Origin: Leucoraja ocellata
Lineage: Eukaryota
Assembly (NCBI GenBank): GCA_036785375.1
Contig: JAWMAR010000006.1
Span: 7,564,001 to 7,628,000 of the forward strand
Reading direction: 5' to 3'
DNA: 64,000 nt
A program made the translations under genes and the position numbers. The notes beneath the pieces are model-generated. The model saw only the letters and a list, made by a program, of their open reading frames with translations, was not told the DNA's origin and did not search any database. Positions 50,612 to 64,000 of this stretch are shown here, in pieces; position 1 is the stretch's first letter; each line of letters starts with the position of its first letter.

Positions 50612-51789
50612 TCACAGGGGATCACAGTATTCAACGAGCAGAAAATAGTAATAATTCACAACCTGCCTATCAACACAGCCTTTAATTGTGGAAGAGCAAG
50701 ATGGAGACAGGTATAACCTGTATCCAATTAACTAATTTCTAGGGTGTGGTTGTTACTGATATGTATGTATTGCCCATTCCTAGTTGTTCCTGAGTAGCCA
50801 GTGGTGAGTCACTTCAAAGATACAGCCTTATGGTAAAAATAACCCAGTGTTGATATGCAAAACATCTTAAACCTTGTAGACCCAGCAACACTGAAAGAAT
50901 GGTGATCTTTCCAAGTCAGGATAGTTTGCTATTTGAAGGAGAAAATTGTCAGCAATGATGCTCTTGAGTGCTAGCATCTCTTGTTCTTTTCGGTGGTGGA
51001 GGACCAACAGCACCACCAAAACCCGTGACCAGTGCAGGGGCAGGGTTGCAGCATATTTTGTAAGTAGCACACATTCCAGTCACAGAGCACCAGGAAGTAA
51101 GTGAGCATTAAGACTGCTAGACAAGGTGGCGATCACTAGATGCCTAGATGGGATTCAGCTTCCGAATATGATATGCCTAAACTCAAGTAGGCAAGTGCCC
51201 AGTATTCCATCATGGTCCTGACTAGAAGGACAGTGGTTTTGTAAGTGTCAGGAGTCAAATAACTAATCACAAAGCAGTCAGCCTCCAACCTGTCTCAGTC
51301 TCAGTAATAACATGACTCATCCAATGGTAACATGCTGGCTGCTTCGTGGCAAGGCCCATGTCAAGTACATTTATCCCCACAATAGGATTTTATTATGTGC
51401 CACAAATACAACTTGACAGCATCACATCCATCAGAGCCTCACTCGCTTGGCCAGTAGGTATTGGTTTATGTCATGTGTCAGATGGTGTAAAAATTGTTTT
51501 ATGTTCTATCTAGGCAAATCATTCTGCATACAAGTACATCAGATAGGATACAAGAAAAATAAAAATTTAAACAGAGTGCAATATGGCATTTCCATTAAAG
51601 AGGGAGTGCAAATTTAAGAAAGTGCAAGACTGCGACAAGGTATATTGGAAGATCTAGAATTCATCCTTCACACAAGCGGTCTGTTTGAAAGTCTGATGAC
51701 AGTAGGGGAAGAAGTAGTTCAATTTAAGATATGGAGTTTAAAAATGCAATTTGGAAGTGTTTTGATATTCCAGAAAACATTCATCTTAT

Positions 51790-52130
51790 GCCCTCCGCTG
51801 GACTGGAGGGCGGCAGCTTCGACCACCCCCGGGCCGCGGAGTTTGAACTGGCTCGTTCGCGGAGCTCGGTTAGCCGCGGGACTAACTTACCATCGCCCGG
51901 TGGAGTATCGCCTCAGCGCAGAGGGAAAAAAGGAGGGAAGAGACAGCAGCCCTAAGATTTTTGCCTCCATCACAGTGAGGAGGTGTTTGGTGGACTCACT
52001 GTGGTGGATGTTAATTTGTGTTTACTGTCTGTTCTGTTGTTTATTATTGTATGTATGGCTGGAGGCAACGACATTTCGTTCAGACCGTAAGGTCTGAATG
52101 ACAAATAAATGATCTAATTCTAATTCTAAT
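51790..52130 (+). mobile_element. Young CpG-rich non-autonomous retroposon with a stem-loop/AATAAA tail; same family as about 56500-57740 (-)
   Basis: Shared core GCCTCCATCACAGTGAGG...TCACTGTGGTGGATG. Tail TTCAGACCGTAAGGTCTGAATGACAAATAAA followed by (CTAATT)n. Confidence 0.65.
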
Positions 52131-52779
52131 TATGTAATGATCCCTTTATGCACATCTGTAATGTAAATAAGGAATGAGAAACTAAATGCAACAGAAAAAA
52201 TATCCTTATAAAGGCAAAGGTCTACACTTTAGCCTAAATTACAATGACTCGCTGACCAAGAATGATTCAAACACTTAAATAATCTTAGTCAGTTTGCATG
52301 TGAGATTCTTTGGTTGCATATAGTTGTACTTGATTTACTAATAATTTCTACTTTCTAAGACCTTCACAGGAATGTTAGACACCAACATTGAAACCAAACC
52401 ACTGAGATTAGGACAAAAGGAATTGTGTCTTTATGTCACTTAAGTATTCACTTAATATTAATTTTAATACAAGTAAAAATAATTGCTGTGTTTAGAAACA
52501 CAGAACTCATCAACACTCAAGATGCACATGTACAATTTGAGGCCACGCAATCAGGTGTATTAAGACCAGTTGGCACACTTACAAAACAGGAACAATGGGA
52601 ACAGATACAGAAATAGATCCTACTGATTTCATCAATTGCACAATTTCTCTCTTCATCTGGTTTGTTTGATGTTCAGTGAAAAATATGGGACTATTTCAGA
52701 AAAATGCATAATAGCTACAAAAGTTAAGGCCAGAAAAAACAAACAAACCTAGCACAATCAATAGACCACGATATCTCAC

Positions 52780-52841
52780 CTCCCTAGCTCTTCGCCCATC
52801 TCATAGTACTTCTCCACGTTGTCTTGTTTGAAAATTGCCAT
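52780..52841 (-). CDS. DAPK3: DAPK3 coding exon 1 (MAIFKQDNVEKYYEMGEELG-S); the exon itself begins at 52928
   Basis: Matches the DAPK N-terminus M..F.Q..VE..YEMGEELGSG. 62 coding nt; acceptor cattctag at 52929-52930, donor gtgaga. Spliced total is 456 aa. Confidence 0.95.
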
Positions 52842-55165
52842 TGTGCATGTCAGACCCAATGTCATTATCCACGAGAATTATCAGTCGAAGGAGATGTCGT
52901 CTGAGTAAATCCTTCAAATTTCAAAAGTCTAGAATGCAAAAGTGTATTAAAAAATTAAAGTAAAATAAATATGCATCTTCATAGTTCTAATGTTGGCTTT
53001 TATTCAAAGTTAAATCCTTTCATCAATTGTACTCATTAGTCCGTCTTATAAACCTTTTCAATTATCTATCTTTCTCCCATTCTTTCCTCTGAGATTACCC
53101 TTAAATATATTATTCCAGTCAGTGAAGTTTGAATGTTCTATTGGCTCAGTATGAAACTTTTTAAATGCACCCATCAGGTAACCCAAGGCTCTTATATAAC
53201 ACAAACATGAATGAAATCCAGAGAAGACTATTATACATTATTTCACTCTATAATGCATCAGCACCAAAAATCTGACCATAGAGATTAATACAATGTTAGA
53301 AAACCACAATTTAACTATAGCAAAGCAAGAACCAAGAAAAAACAGAAGAACATTAATCAAATATAAATGGTTGGGATAATTTGCTTGGAATCGTGAAAGA
53401 AAAAAAATGATAATCCAAATGCAATTGGAAGATGTGTTGGTCAAGGTCAAATGCTCTTCTATAGACTGAATTGGAATGTTCTAAAGAAAATCCTATACAG
53501 CACACCTTCGACACCCTATCAATTAAGATTGTTCACCCTCTATATAATAGGGTTGCCACAGCAATCAGTGAGGCAACTCAATGATCAGATACTTCTCCAA
53601 GTAGGTACACTTCACTCATATTTGTAAAAGAGTAAATGTTATTTGCAAAGGCAAGCCATTTCAGTCAGTCCCTTTATTAACTAACAGCATCAAATATCCC
53701 TGCATTTGTGGAGTGTGTCAAGTACCACTGCAGGTTTCACTTCCCACTGCTTTGTGTCGGAAAGGTAAAAACAAATTTATTTATATTCCTGAACCACTAA
53801 ACTATTTCTAGTCTCTTATCAAACTTACTGTTGTTCCAGAAGCTTTGAATGGAAGTTAAAGCTGTTTACATTAACCACGCCAAGTGATAAGTTTTAGCAA
53901 TGCCATTTGCTGCTTTCACCCACTCTAGCATCCTAGCTGAATCTAAGCTTACCATCCTAATATGCAGTGAAACATGTAAAGAACTGTGGGAGATGTGCAA
54001 TTTATACATTATGGCCACTTCTCTGATCTGACATCACATTCCAACTAATTCTGGAACCAATTTTCCTCCAACAACTCATTTGTAGAGAATGTTCAAAGTA
54101 AACACATTCCACAGTAGAATCACAATACCACAGTCCATTAACAAGCCAATACCAGGAAGGAAGACCAACTTCTAACCCCATTATCCTTTATATTTTAAGC
54201 TGAATATGTACTCAACAGTACACTGCCAATTTTCAGTTCCAATATCTTCGAAACCAGAGATTACAACCTTATTTATACAAAAGATTTGGAACTACATATT
54301 TGCTACATATGTAGAGGCAGACCAGGAAATGTTATGCTCCATAGTGCTGAACCAGAATGCCCATGAAAATGGTGTGTCAATTTAAGCCAATTATCAACTA
54401 AATTTTGTATTAAAAATAGGTGTTTCAAATCCTGATCTATGTTGCACAGATTTATCTTGGCCAGGCAGCAGTGGAGGGCTAGTATAGGTGGATATCCCTA
54501 CACCCAGGTAGGTGGATAAATTAGCCCAGAAAAAAAAAATCTCCATCTTGAAACTCAAGCCACTACTGGAACCTTAGTAGTTATTAAGTGACGTCTCAAA
54601 CTGTAATCTTCCCAGTAAGAAACTAGCAAAACATTTCCCTAGCACAGTGCTGTGGAGCTTCGGAAGGAAACACGCTAAATCGTGTTTTATTTTATTGTCA
54701 AGCTCCTGAGAAAAAAACATTCTTACTCAGAAGAGCTCATTTAACAATCTCTTCACCATTCTACTGGTTCACATTCAATTGTTCCATTTATTGTTAAGCT
54801 TGTTGTTTACTTTCTGAGCTTCATTGCACTCTGGTGTACATTACAATAATTTAATCTGATTACATGCTGCATCGCCGTTTTTATAAAAAGCATTCAACAC
54901 CATCTGTGGCAAAAAAAGCCTATCATATTATGAACGGCAAGCATCACAGTAATTTAAAGCACTGCAAGATTTAACAGAAATGACCAACTGAGGGATGATT
55001 CCTGAGATAGATACCCATACAGTTGTAGAGAATGGGGCAAGAAGGGTGGTGGGGACAGAGGATGGGTTGGGGAGGGACGGATGCTGGGGCGGGAGATACA
55101 GAGGAGGATGGTAGAAATAGATGAGGGGTGGAGAGGGTGGGCAGGGGACAGAGGACGGGTGGGAG

Positions 55166-55662
55166 TGCTATTGAGGGTGTGCAGCGTAGGTTTACAAGGT
55201 TAACTCCCGGGATGGCGGGACTGTCATATGCTGAGAGAATGGAACAGATGGGCTTGTACACTCTGGAGTTTAGAAGGATGAGAGGGTATCTCATTGAAAC
55301 ATATAAGATTGTTAAGGGTTTCGACATACTAGAGACAGCAAACACGTTCCCGATGTTGGGGGAGTCCAGAACCACGGTCCACAGTTTAAGAATAAGGAGT
55401 AGGCCATTTAGAACAGAGACGAGGAAACACTTTTTCCCCCACAGAGAGTGGTGAGTCTGTGGAATTCTCTGCCTCAGAGGGCGGTGGAGGCAGGTTCTTT
55501 GGATGCTTTCAAGAGAGAGCTAGATAGGCTCTTAAAAATAGCGGGGATATGGGGAATAGGCAGGAACGGGGTACTGATTGGGAATGATCAGCCATTGAAT
55601 GGCGGTGCTGGCTCGAAGGGCCGAATGGGCTACTGTCTATTGTAGGCACCTATTGTCTATTG
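55166..55662 (+). mobile_element. CR1/HER1 LINE 3' end in DAPK3 intron 1, splitting a G-rich tract
   Basis: AIEGVQRRFTRL.PGMAGLSYAER...LEFRRMRG.LIETYKI; tail GGCTCGAAGGGCCGAATGG...CTATTGTCTATTG. Confidence 0.92.
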
Positions 55663-55944
55663 AGAAGGGGACAGGGTGGGGAGGGAGGACAGAGTGGGAG
55701 GGAGGAGGGACGGAATGGGGAGGAAGAACGGGGGACAGACAATGAAATGGGGACGAAGGACAGGGCAGGGAGCCGGCAGCCCCAGTCCTCCCCGCCACCT
55801 TTTTCTTCGTCGCCTCCACTTTATTTGCTCGCCTAAAGAAGGAGAAGCCTACTACTTTACCGGCGGTCGCCGTCGATCTGAACTCCCGTCCCGTCCCCCG
55901 CAGCTTGTGCCAAGAGCGAGTTAAAGGCCGCACCGCTCACTCAC

Positions 55945-56030
55945 CGTTGCCAGAGGCGGCCGCGCCGAGATAACCGGCCGGAACTGACGCCATGCCCGCT
56001 GGTCCCGCCTTCCCATTCATTCAGTGTTAT
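55945..56030 (-). other. DAPK3: DAPK3 non-coding first exon (5' boundary approximate)
   Basis: Lies in a CpG island, directly downstream of the promoter motifs. Donor ACG|gtgagt at 55939-55944. Confidence 0.7.
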
Positions 56031-56300
56031 TACTGTCTGCCCAGTGTGTCAATCAACCGAAACCGTCACGGTAGCATGACGTAATGCGGGGGAGGGGCTT
56101 ACCCTCTTTTGATTGGTTTCGATTCCGCGTCATTCCTAGAGTGAGATCCATGATTTGTTGAGGGTCTACCCTTCCTCCCTTCTAATTGGCCGCATTGGAG
56201 GATGATACCGCTCACTGATTGGCCGGCTATGATGTCACGAGTTTGCTCCGGAACCCGGCCTGAGATGTCAATCAAACCTACCCCGCGGCTGCAGGAAGAG
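56030..56300 (-). promoter_or_regulatory. DAPK3: DAPK3 TATA-less CpG-island promoter
   Basis: CCAAT boxes (56112, 56185, 56194, 56218), GC box (56086-56097), CRE-like ATGACGTAAT (56076-56085), two TGATTGAC sites (56048-56055, 56267-56274) and CCGGAA Ets sites. Confidence 0.75.
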
Positions 56301-56658
56301 GCTTGTTTGAAGATAAGACACAAAATACTGGAGTAACTCTGCGGGACAGGCAGCATCAAAGATCCTATAGCTTGGGCAGCATCTCTGGAGAGAAGGAATG
56401 GGTGACTTTTCGAGTCGAGACCATTCATTGGCTGAGAGTTAGGGGAGAGGGAAACTATAGATATGGAAGTGCAAGGTGTGATCATAGGAAATGTGGAATC
56501 AATCACAATAATACTTTATTAGCCAAGTATGTTTTGCAACATACGAGGAATTTAATTTGCTAAGTCAGTCATACAAATAAAAAGCAACGGAACACACAAA
56601 ACATATTTTAACATAAACATCCACCACAGTGACTCCTCCACATTCCTCACTGTGATGG

Positions 56659-57486
56659 GTGAAACTAGATCGTCAGCTGACCTACAGGCAACACCTTGAA
56701 GCTCTCTGTGCTAGTCTCGGCGTTGCTTGGCTGGATCGTCATGGAGCGCCAGGGCATCTACTCTCCCAACCAGTGCTCCTGCACTCGTGTACAGCGCCAC
56801 TGAGTACACTGCCCCAGGATGGGGGCGCAGCGCTCATACTAGCAAGCTAGACGCCATCCTCAACGACACCATGCGGATCATCACACGCTGCCTACGTCCT
56901 ACTCCGACGGATCACCTGCTGGTGCTCACAGGCGCCGGACCCCTCAAGCTTCGCAGAGGGTACTTCACCCACAGGCTGGTGTGCAAGGTCCCATGGGACG
57001 CCAAACATCATTTGCACCACCTCGCCTAGGACTCACAGCAACTGGGATCTCAGCGCCTGTCATCTTATCGCCTTCTCCCGTCACACAGCGACAGCGACCC
57101 TACGTGGCTTCGGTTTCAACACATTAGGAGCATGGAGAACCAGTTGGGAACAGACTTTGTGACATCCTCATTTCACTGTTGCACCGAACACCACAGCCCC
57201 ACCCAGCTCGGACCTGCCCCGCAGAGTGGGTCACCCTGAACCGGCTCCATACAGGGGTCGGCTGGTTCAACGCCAAAAGGCATCGCTGGGGGCTGCGTTT
57301 ATCAGCCTACATGTGTGGAGCAGACCAGCAAACAGCGCAGCACGTCATTTTCGACTGCACTGTCCTCTGCTGCCCCTCCCCCTCCCGGTGGAGGGCTAGA
57401 CCTCATGGCCCTCGACAACAGCACATTGAACTGTCTACAGCGCCTAGAGGACTTTACATAACCTCTACTGTCTCAAACGCAAGAAG
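56659..57486 (+). mobile_element. Vingi/Ingi-like (I group) non-LTR retrotransposon, 5'-truncated, with a 10-bp TSD
   Basis: VKLDRQLTYRQHL, AGSSWSARASTL...ALVYSATEYTAPGW, WVTLNRLHTGVG and a C-terminal CGADQQTAQHVIFDC zinc-knuckle remnant. Ends CAAGAAG; ACTGTGATGG at 56649-56658 and 57487-57496. Confidence 0.78.
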
Positions 57487-60400
57487 ACTGTGATGGAAGG
57501 CAAGAAAAAGTTCAAATCTCTTCCCTTAGCTCTCCCATTCGGGGGCCTCTTGACTCCCGTAGCCAGCAGAGTTTGGGCCTGCATTGGGGGGATGGCAGCT
57601 GCCCCGCGCTGGCAATCGGACCCCACTTCGGGGCTGATCGAACCTTCCGCAATGTTGGAGCTCCCGAATAGGCCTCTCCCGAGACTATGAGCTAGCAATG
57701 GTAGGCTGCGGTTGGAGCGATCCCAGGTAAGGGATCGACGACTCTGATATTAAGAGAAAATAGATACATGAAGTTTCGAGATGAGACCCTTCTTCAAACT
57801 GGTTCTCACCTCCACAGATGCTGCCCAACCCAGCGAGTGGTTTAAACTGTTTTATTTTCACTTAAGATTTCAGCATCTGCAACCTCTTGGGGAGAAGCTG
57901 TTTTCACGATCAGGTCAAAGAGCGTTCAAAGTGACCCAATATATATTGTGCAACATTTTCCATTTATTTTTAAGATTCTTATCAATATTTTGCTTTATGT
58001 AGAGGTTGGCAACATGAAAATGCACACATTTTATATAGTAGTGCATCTGGCAATTTTTTGTTCAAGCCTTTCGGAATGTTTGTTACGGTTTTGCTTTTCT
58101 AAAAAAAAAAAGAGGTAAATGGATAGGGAATGTTTAGAGGGGCATGTGTCAAACATGGGCAGGTAGGACCAGCTTAGTTGGGCTGAAGGGCCTGCTTCTG
58201 TAGTGTAGGAAGAGGACATCTTGTTGCATTACACCAAATTGGAAATCATTACAAAAGTGCCTCACCTGGAAGTTAAGAATGGATGCCTGGATGACAGGAG
58301 AGATCCGAGGGAAGATGTTGCACCTCCTGGTATTGCACAATAAAGTGCCACAAGAACAAGAATGGGTGAATGGTTTCCAACGGCTGAGACCACCAGTACA
58401 TTTTATTTACTCTTGCCTTATTTTTTTATTCTCTCCTCCACCAGCTCTGTAATTGAAAACATTTTATCTTTCACTTTTCCTCATTCTGATCTTCTTTCGT
58501 GTCCATCTTCCAGGTTTCAAACATTGACATCACTGTCATCGTCCATCCTGAAAAGGACGCAAGCTTCCGGCGACAATCAGCAGGAGCCATTGCTTGTTGC
58601 AATAGATGATGGTCATTGATGTGCCTTTCCCTCTAAGGATCACAAACTTATCTTAATCGAATGGGCGGTGGTGAGAGTTAAACACTGAATTCCTGGTCGT
58701 GCATATCACTAAAAAACTGAACCTAGCACATTGATGCAATCACAAAGAAAGCCCATCAACACTTCTACTTCCTTCGAAGACGTTGTCAAATACTCTATTG
58801 AACCTCTGCAGGTGCACAGTAGAGTCCATAACAACTGGTTGTATCGTGGCCTCGTTTAGCAAATCCAATGCCCAGGAACAAAGATTGCAAAAAGTGATGA
58901 ACACTGCCCAGTCCATCACAGGTACTGGCCTCTTATCTATCAAGGGATCTAGTTTAAATATGATGAGAGGGAACCTCATTGAAACATACCAAATATCAAA
59001 AGGCACTAGATGGGAGTGTCTAGGACCAGAGGTCATAGCCTCAAAATAAAACATTCCTTTAGTAATGAGGATGAAATTCTAGAGTCAAATGGTGATGGCA
59101 CAGTGAATTCGAGTTTCACTACCTTAATTCGTACACATGAGAATAAACAGACCTTTGAACCTTTAGTGTATCCGTAAAATTAATTGCCACAGAAGGCTGG
59201 GAAGGCCAAGTCAATTAATATTTTTCTTGACTAGTAGAGATGTCAGGGGTTATGGGGAGAAGGCAGGAAAATGGGGTTGAGAAGAGAAGATAGATCAGCC
59301 ATAATTGAATGGCAGAATAGACTTGATGGGCCAAATGGCCCGATTCTGCTCCCATTACTTATGAACTCAAAAAGACAGCCAACATCATGAGACCCACAAT
59401 ACCCTGGCCACATTCTCATTTCACTCCTGCCATGAGGAAGGTGGTATTAGAGCCCAAAACATCCAAGTTCAGGAGCAGCTTCTTCCCAACATGTTCTGAA
59501 CTACATGGACTCTGGGACATTGTTGTTGTACTATTTTTGTTGTTTAACATAGTGTTTACAGAGTACTGTTTTTTATATATCTATTGTGCTGCAACCAGTG
59601 AGAATTTTATTGTATTGTTTCAGGACATATGACAATAAAGCACTTGACTCTTGTTCACATTACTTATTTCACTATAGATGTTGCTGGAACTCCCGAGTAT
59701 TTTAATCTAATTTCCAGCATCTGGATTTTTGTTTTGCTTTTAGGCTAACCAGACATGATTTGCCTCCGACAAATCCTTACTGACTGTCCTTTATTAGTGA
59801 TTCATGGTATCGCAAAATTTGGCGATGTAATATGCACCCACTTGCCATGGCTTGCTGGAGGTTCCCGACAGTACGCCATCACTCTTGCACCTGCAGTACA
59901 CAGTAGAAGCACTGTGCACATCTCCAAAATGGCACTGCGGTTACTGATCCAGGTTACTCCTCCAGCATCTCTGAAACCTGTGACATCTAGCACCAAGCAC
60001 AAAGACAGCAGACACATGGGAACTGACATGGTCACCTTCTCAATGAAGATTTGACTGATAATGAGCTTTGGCCTAGCCAGTGGCAACTGCATCTTGAAAA
60101 ATGTTAATTGCCAAATTATTGACTTTTTCCACCAACCTCATTCATTCCTCTGTAAACTTGTCATCAGGCAAAACTCTACTGCCCATTTCCCACCATTCAT
60201 TCAATATCCTTGTTTGTTGATCTAATAAAGTCATTCAGCTATTCTGCAGAGATTATTATAATCTCATGGGTGTTATTAAAGAGAAACAGAGGCAGGTAGG
60301 TGAGACTAGTGTCGATGTGGCATGTTAGTCAGTGTGGGAACGTAGGGCCTGTTACAACACTATATGGCTATATTAAGAACAGAGGGCCAGAGTACAAGGC

Positions 60401-63161
60401 AGACACAAGTTACACTAATCAGACTATGAGAGCACCCACATTCCATTTGAGATATGTTTTTAACCAGATATCAAAATATTTTCTACTTAAGAACTGATCA
60501 ACTTTAAACTTCATATGGCCGACTTCCAAAAATAAGCAAATATCAGACATAATTAGAAACAGTATCTGAAGTTTAAGGCATGTCTGTTAAATAGAATTAC
60601 ATAGAAATCACCAAAATGAAATGAGCAGTTCATCCCAATCTTTATTCTCAAACATTATTTATCTTTGCAATACATTTAACCACCCAGCTATCTTAATGTT
60701 AATGTTAAACTTAATCTTAATGTTAAACATTGACATCATTTCTGTAACGTTAACATGATCCCTGCTTCAATCACTCTGGTAAAATCTTTTGTGGGCTACA
60801 ATTCATTCACTTCACCCGCAGCAGTCACCTCCACGTGAACACAATACAGCACATGCGCCTACCATTTCTTCCTATTTCAAGAAATTACCCTCCAACTGTT
60901 CAGTTTTAAAACACATTCCCATCCTACACTTAATTACAAACCTCTTGAACCCTTTCCAAAACTACATTTATTATCCTGTCAAAATTATTTCCTCAAAAAT
61001 TGTAGGGTTGCTTTGTTTTAAAGTTCATCAGCATCTTGCTACCTTCAAATATTCACATCCTGTGGCTATTGGACATCATCCTCTTTAATCCTAGCACTTA
61101 ATCTTGACTGGCCCAAACCATGCCGCTCTTAAAATGTAACAGAAAATTCTTCACTTGCCTCAACTCAATCAAGCACCAAGCCTCCTGCTTAATTCACACC
61201 CCCATCCTTCACCTTAAACAACCACTCCTAACATTTGAGCACCATGTACAGCATTCCAGTTTCAGTACCACCAACAAATCCTATGCTTAAAGCCAGCAGA
61301 CAAAGGGAACCATCACCCTTGCAGGTCATCATTCTCAACATTGCTATGCCATGGAATCAAGCCCCAACACATTTTTATAATGCTTCTGCCACGAGAATGC
61401 AGTTCAAAACAATGCCTCACATCTTCCCTCGAGGTAATGAGTAATAATCAGTAAATGATGTATTTACTGATGTACATTCATGAAAGAACAAACCCTCTCC
61501 CCCAAAAAAAGATCTAAAACAGGTTCATAATACCTCCAATTACCTTTGTTCAAGACAAATTAAATCACAAAAGGATGGTCATGTGGAAGAGGGGAGGAGA
61601 GAAGAGGGGGGTGCAAACATAAGAAACCAAATGCTACCACCAGGCAAGACAGAAATGTTGGACTTAATCGAGTTCAGCAAGTCTGTCTCTTAAGTCCAGA
61701 CGTGTACATTGTAAACAGCAAATGCTGTTAATACTCAGTTGCTTCTGATGAAGGGAACCATCATCCTAGCAAGTACCGAATTGTGACTGGTAAATTATTA
61801 AAAACAGAACATACTTTTGCAGCACTTAGCTTAGTTTCACTTTTCAGGGTACAATGTGCCTAGAAGTTTATTATGCTTTATCAGAAGGGTGCAAGAGATT
61901 AGAGAAACTATTGATATCAATAATCAGCAGTTACACAATTGTTTTTCCAGGATAGTAACAGTGCTGCAATTATTGCCCAAAATTACAAATTTCTGTTTAT
62001 GTGGAGTGGGTAATAGGGAAAAGGAAAGGCAAGACAATTCCTGCAAGGCAGAGATTGTGGAAGTGGGCGTTAGCAAGGATTGATAAGTAAACCAGAGCAA
62101 ACAGGGAATAATCTCCTTGGAATGTCATAAAAGAATGCTTGTGTAATGATGTTGATAACACTGAGGGCTGAAGAGTGGACCCCATTCTGAAAGGCAAGAA
62201 GTTGGAAACAGCTGCATTTGCTTTGTCTAGTTTATATCTATGTTGTGAATTATCTAAATTAAGATTTGATTGGAATCGCACTGGTAATCCTCTTGCACTC
62301 CATCCACAAATGTTCTACATTCACACCCAGTAACAACATGTAATATGAGAGTTTGAATGATTGCACACTCCTGTTAAGAGACTGGGATCCGGATAGGAGC
62401 CCACCTGGTTAATTGCAAAAACCCAGCCTACTGACTTCAATACAAGTAAATCTTACTGAAAGAAAAATTAAGACTTTCCATAAATATAAATGCCATAAAT
62501 GTTTTAATTTTCTTTAGAACTTCCATTTATATAATTTCTCATCTCCACATAGGTCAAAAGGATTTAGCCAATGAAACACTAATTTAGGAAACATGGTAGC
62601 CAATTTATACACAGCAAGTTCCCACTAACAGTGATAGACAATTAATTGAAGTAAAAGTTCCCCAATTTCCACAGCGTCACTCATTAATACCTTGTCCAAC
62701 AGTGCAGCAACCCTTGAATCACTTATGATTTGTTGTTAGGCACTTGAACTCATCTGGCTTAAAGATTGAACGTAGACAGTATTGCCAACTAAAAGAAAAT
62801 CTACTGCCCCGGAGTTGAAAGCACCCCATTAAAATTAAACTCAAATTTCATACTTGGAAACTCGAGAATAACGCAAGCTTAAAGTGAAAAGAAAATTGCA
62901 ACACATGCTGAGAACAGTAAAAGCAGGACTAGTAAACTAATCCAAAATATTAAACGTAGGGGTGAGTTTTGAGGAAGGAAACAAAACAGAAATGAACAGC
63001 AGTAGAATAAGTGTTACATCAAAATAAATTGTATAGATATTAGCAGCACATTTAAATGGTTCACAAGCTAAATGGGAAAACTAGATAGAACAGCTGGACA
63101 ATGTAGATATGAAAGTTGGGCAAAGCTGACTATTAAGTAGGTCACTGAAATTATATCAAAG

Positions 63162-63167
63162 TTTATT
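63162..63167 (-). terminator. EEF2: EEF2 distal polyadenylation signal AATAAA (a proximal ATTAAA lies at 63563-63568)
   Basis: Hexamers on the minus strand about 170 and 570 nt after the stop codon. Confidence 0.55.
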
Positions 63168-63733
63168 GTTTACATACCACCAATACAATGTATTGCATCT
63201 TTATCTTCCACAATGTTAATGACAGTCAAACTCACTTCCATGGTGCTACAAACAACACTAGCCTCCAGCCTGTAAACTGATGAGTATGACCTTCAATTTT
63301 GTGTAGTTCACTGCTGCATAAACTTGCTGTGCATACCATACACACTGGCATAGTGTTTCGTGTTCAAAATGTAGACTGAATTGGAACACTCCAACTGAAA
63401 GCACTGAGTTTAATATTCCAAGCACTGAATAAATATCAGACCAGGCAACAAGCTGTTACCGTCTGAAAAGAAGAGTAATAAACAAGTATATAGCTAGCAT
63501 GGCACAAGATGATTTTTGACACAGCAATGCAATGAAGAACCCAAATATGAGGTAAACATTCTTTTAATTTATACCATTATGATGTCCATTTTTTGTTTAA
63601 AGTGAATCTTATTGCAAGAGTACAATACAATACACCACCATATCTAATCTGGCAATGTTAACTTCACTAATTAGTTCAAAAAGCCACCCAATGGCGTGTG
63701 TTGGTCAGATTTTCAATGATGTGTAGTTGAAAT

Positions 63734-63949
<216 letters not shown>

Positions 63950-64000
63950 TTAATTTGTTTTAGACACTCAGCATTCAAAATTATATGCATCGTTAAAGCA

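Overview
This is vertebrate genomic DNA, most likely from a skate or ray, judging by HE1-type V-SINEs, CR1/HER1, Rex1/Babar, L2, Vingi-like and Penelope repeats. All recognisable genes lie on the minus strand, in the order EEF2 (last coding exon and 3' UTR, 63.1-63.9 kb), DAPK3/ZIP kinase (complete: CpG-island promoter near 56 kb, one non-coding and 8 coding exons, 456 aa, probable 3' UTR of about 5 kb), a solitary tRNA-Gly(TCC) at 33807-33878, and a cathepsin L-like protease (5 coding exons at 1495-10267, with the last exons off the left edge). Most listed six-frame ORFs are spurious or derived from repeats. The main leads are: (1) a 98-bp near-perfect inverted repeat bracketing the in-frame cathepsin exon that carries the oxyanion-hole Gln; (2) a DAPK3-cathepsin L tandem that mirrors human DAPK1-CTSL and may be a retained ohnolog; (3) many Penelope-derived copies carrying a minimal hammerhead-ribozyme motif; (4) a possible orphan spliced transcript from the CpG island beside the tRNA; (5) a MiT/TFE + PU.1 + IRF + AP-1 motif cluster upstream of the cathepsin. 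Everything was read by eye, and comparisons with human genes come from recall, not from searches.
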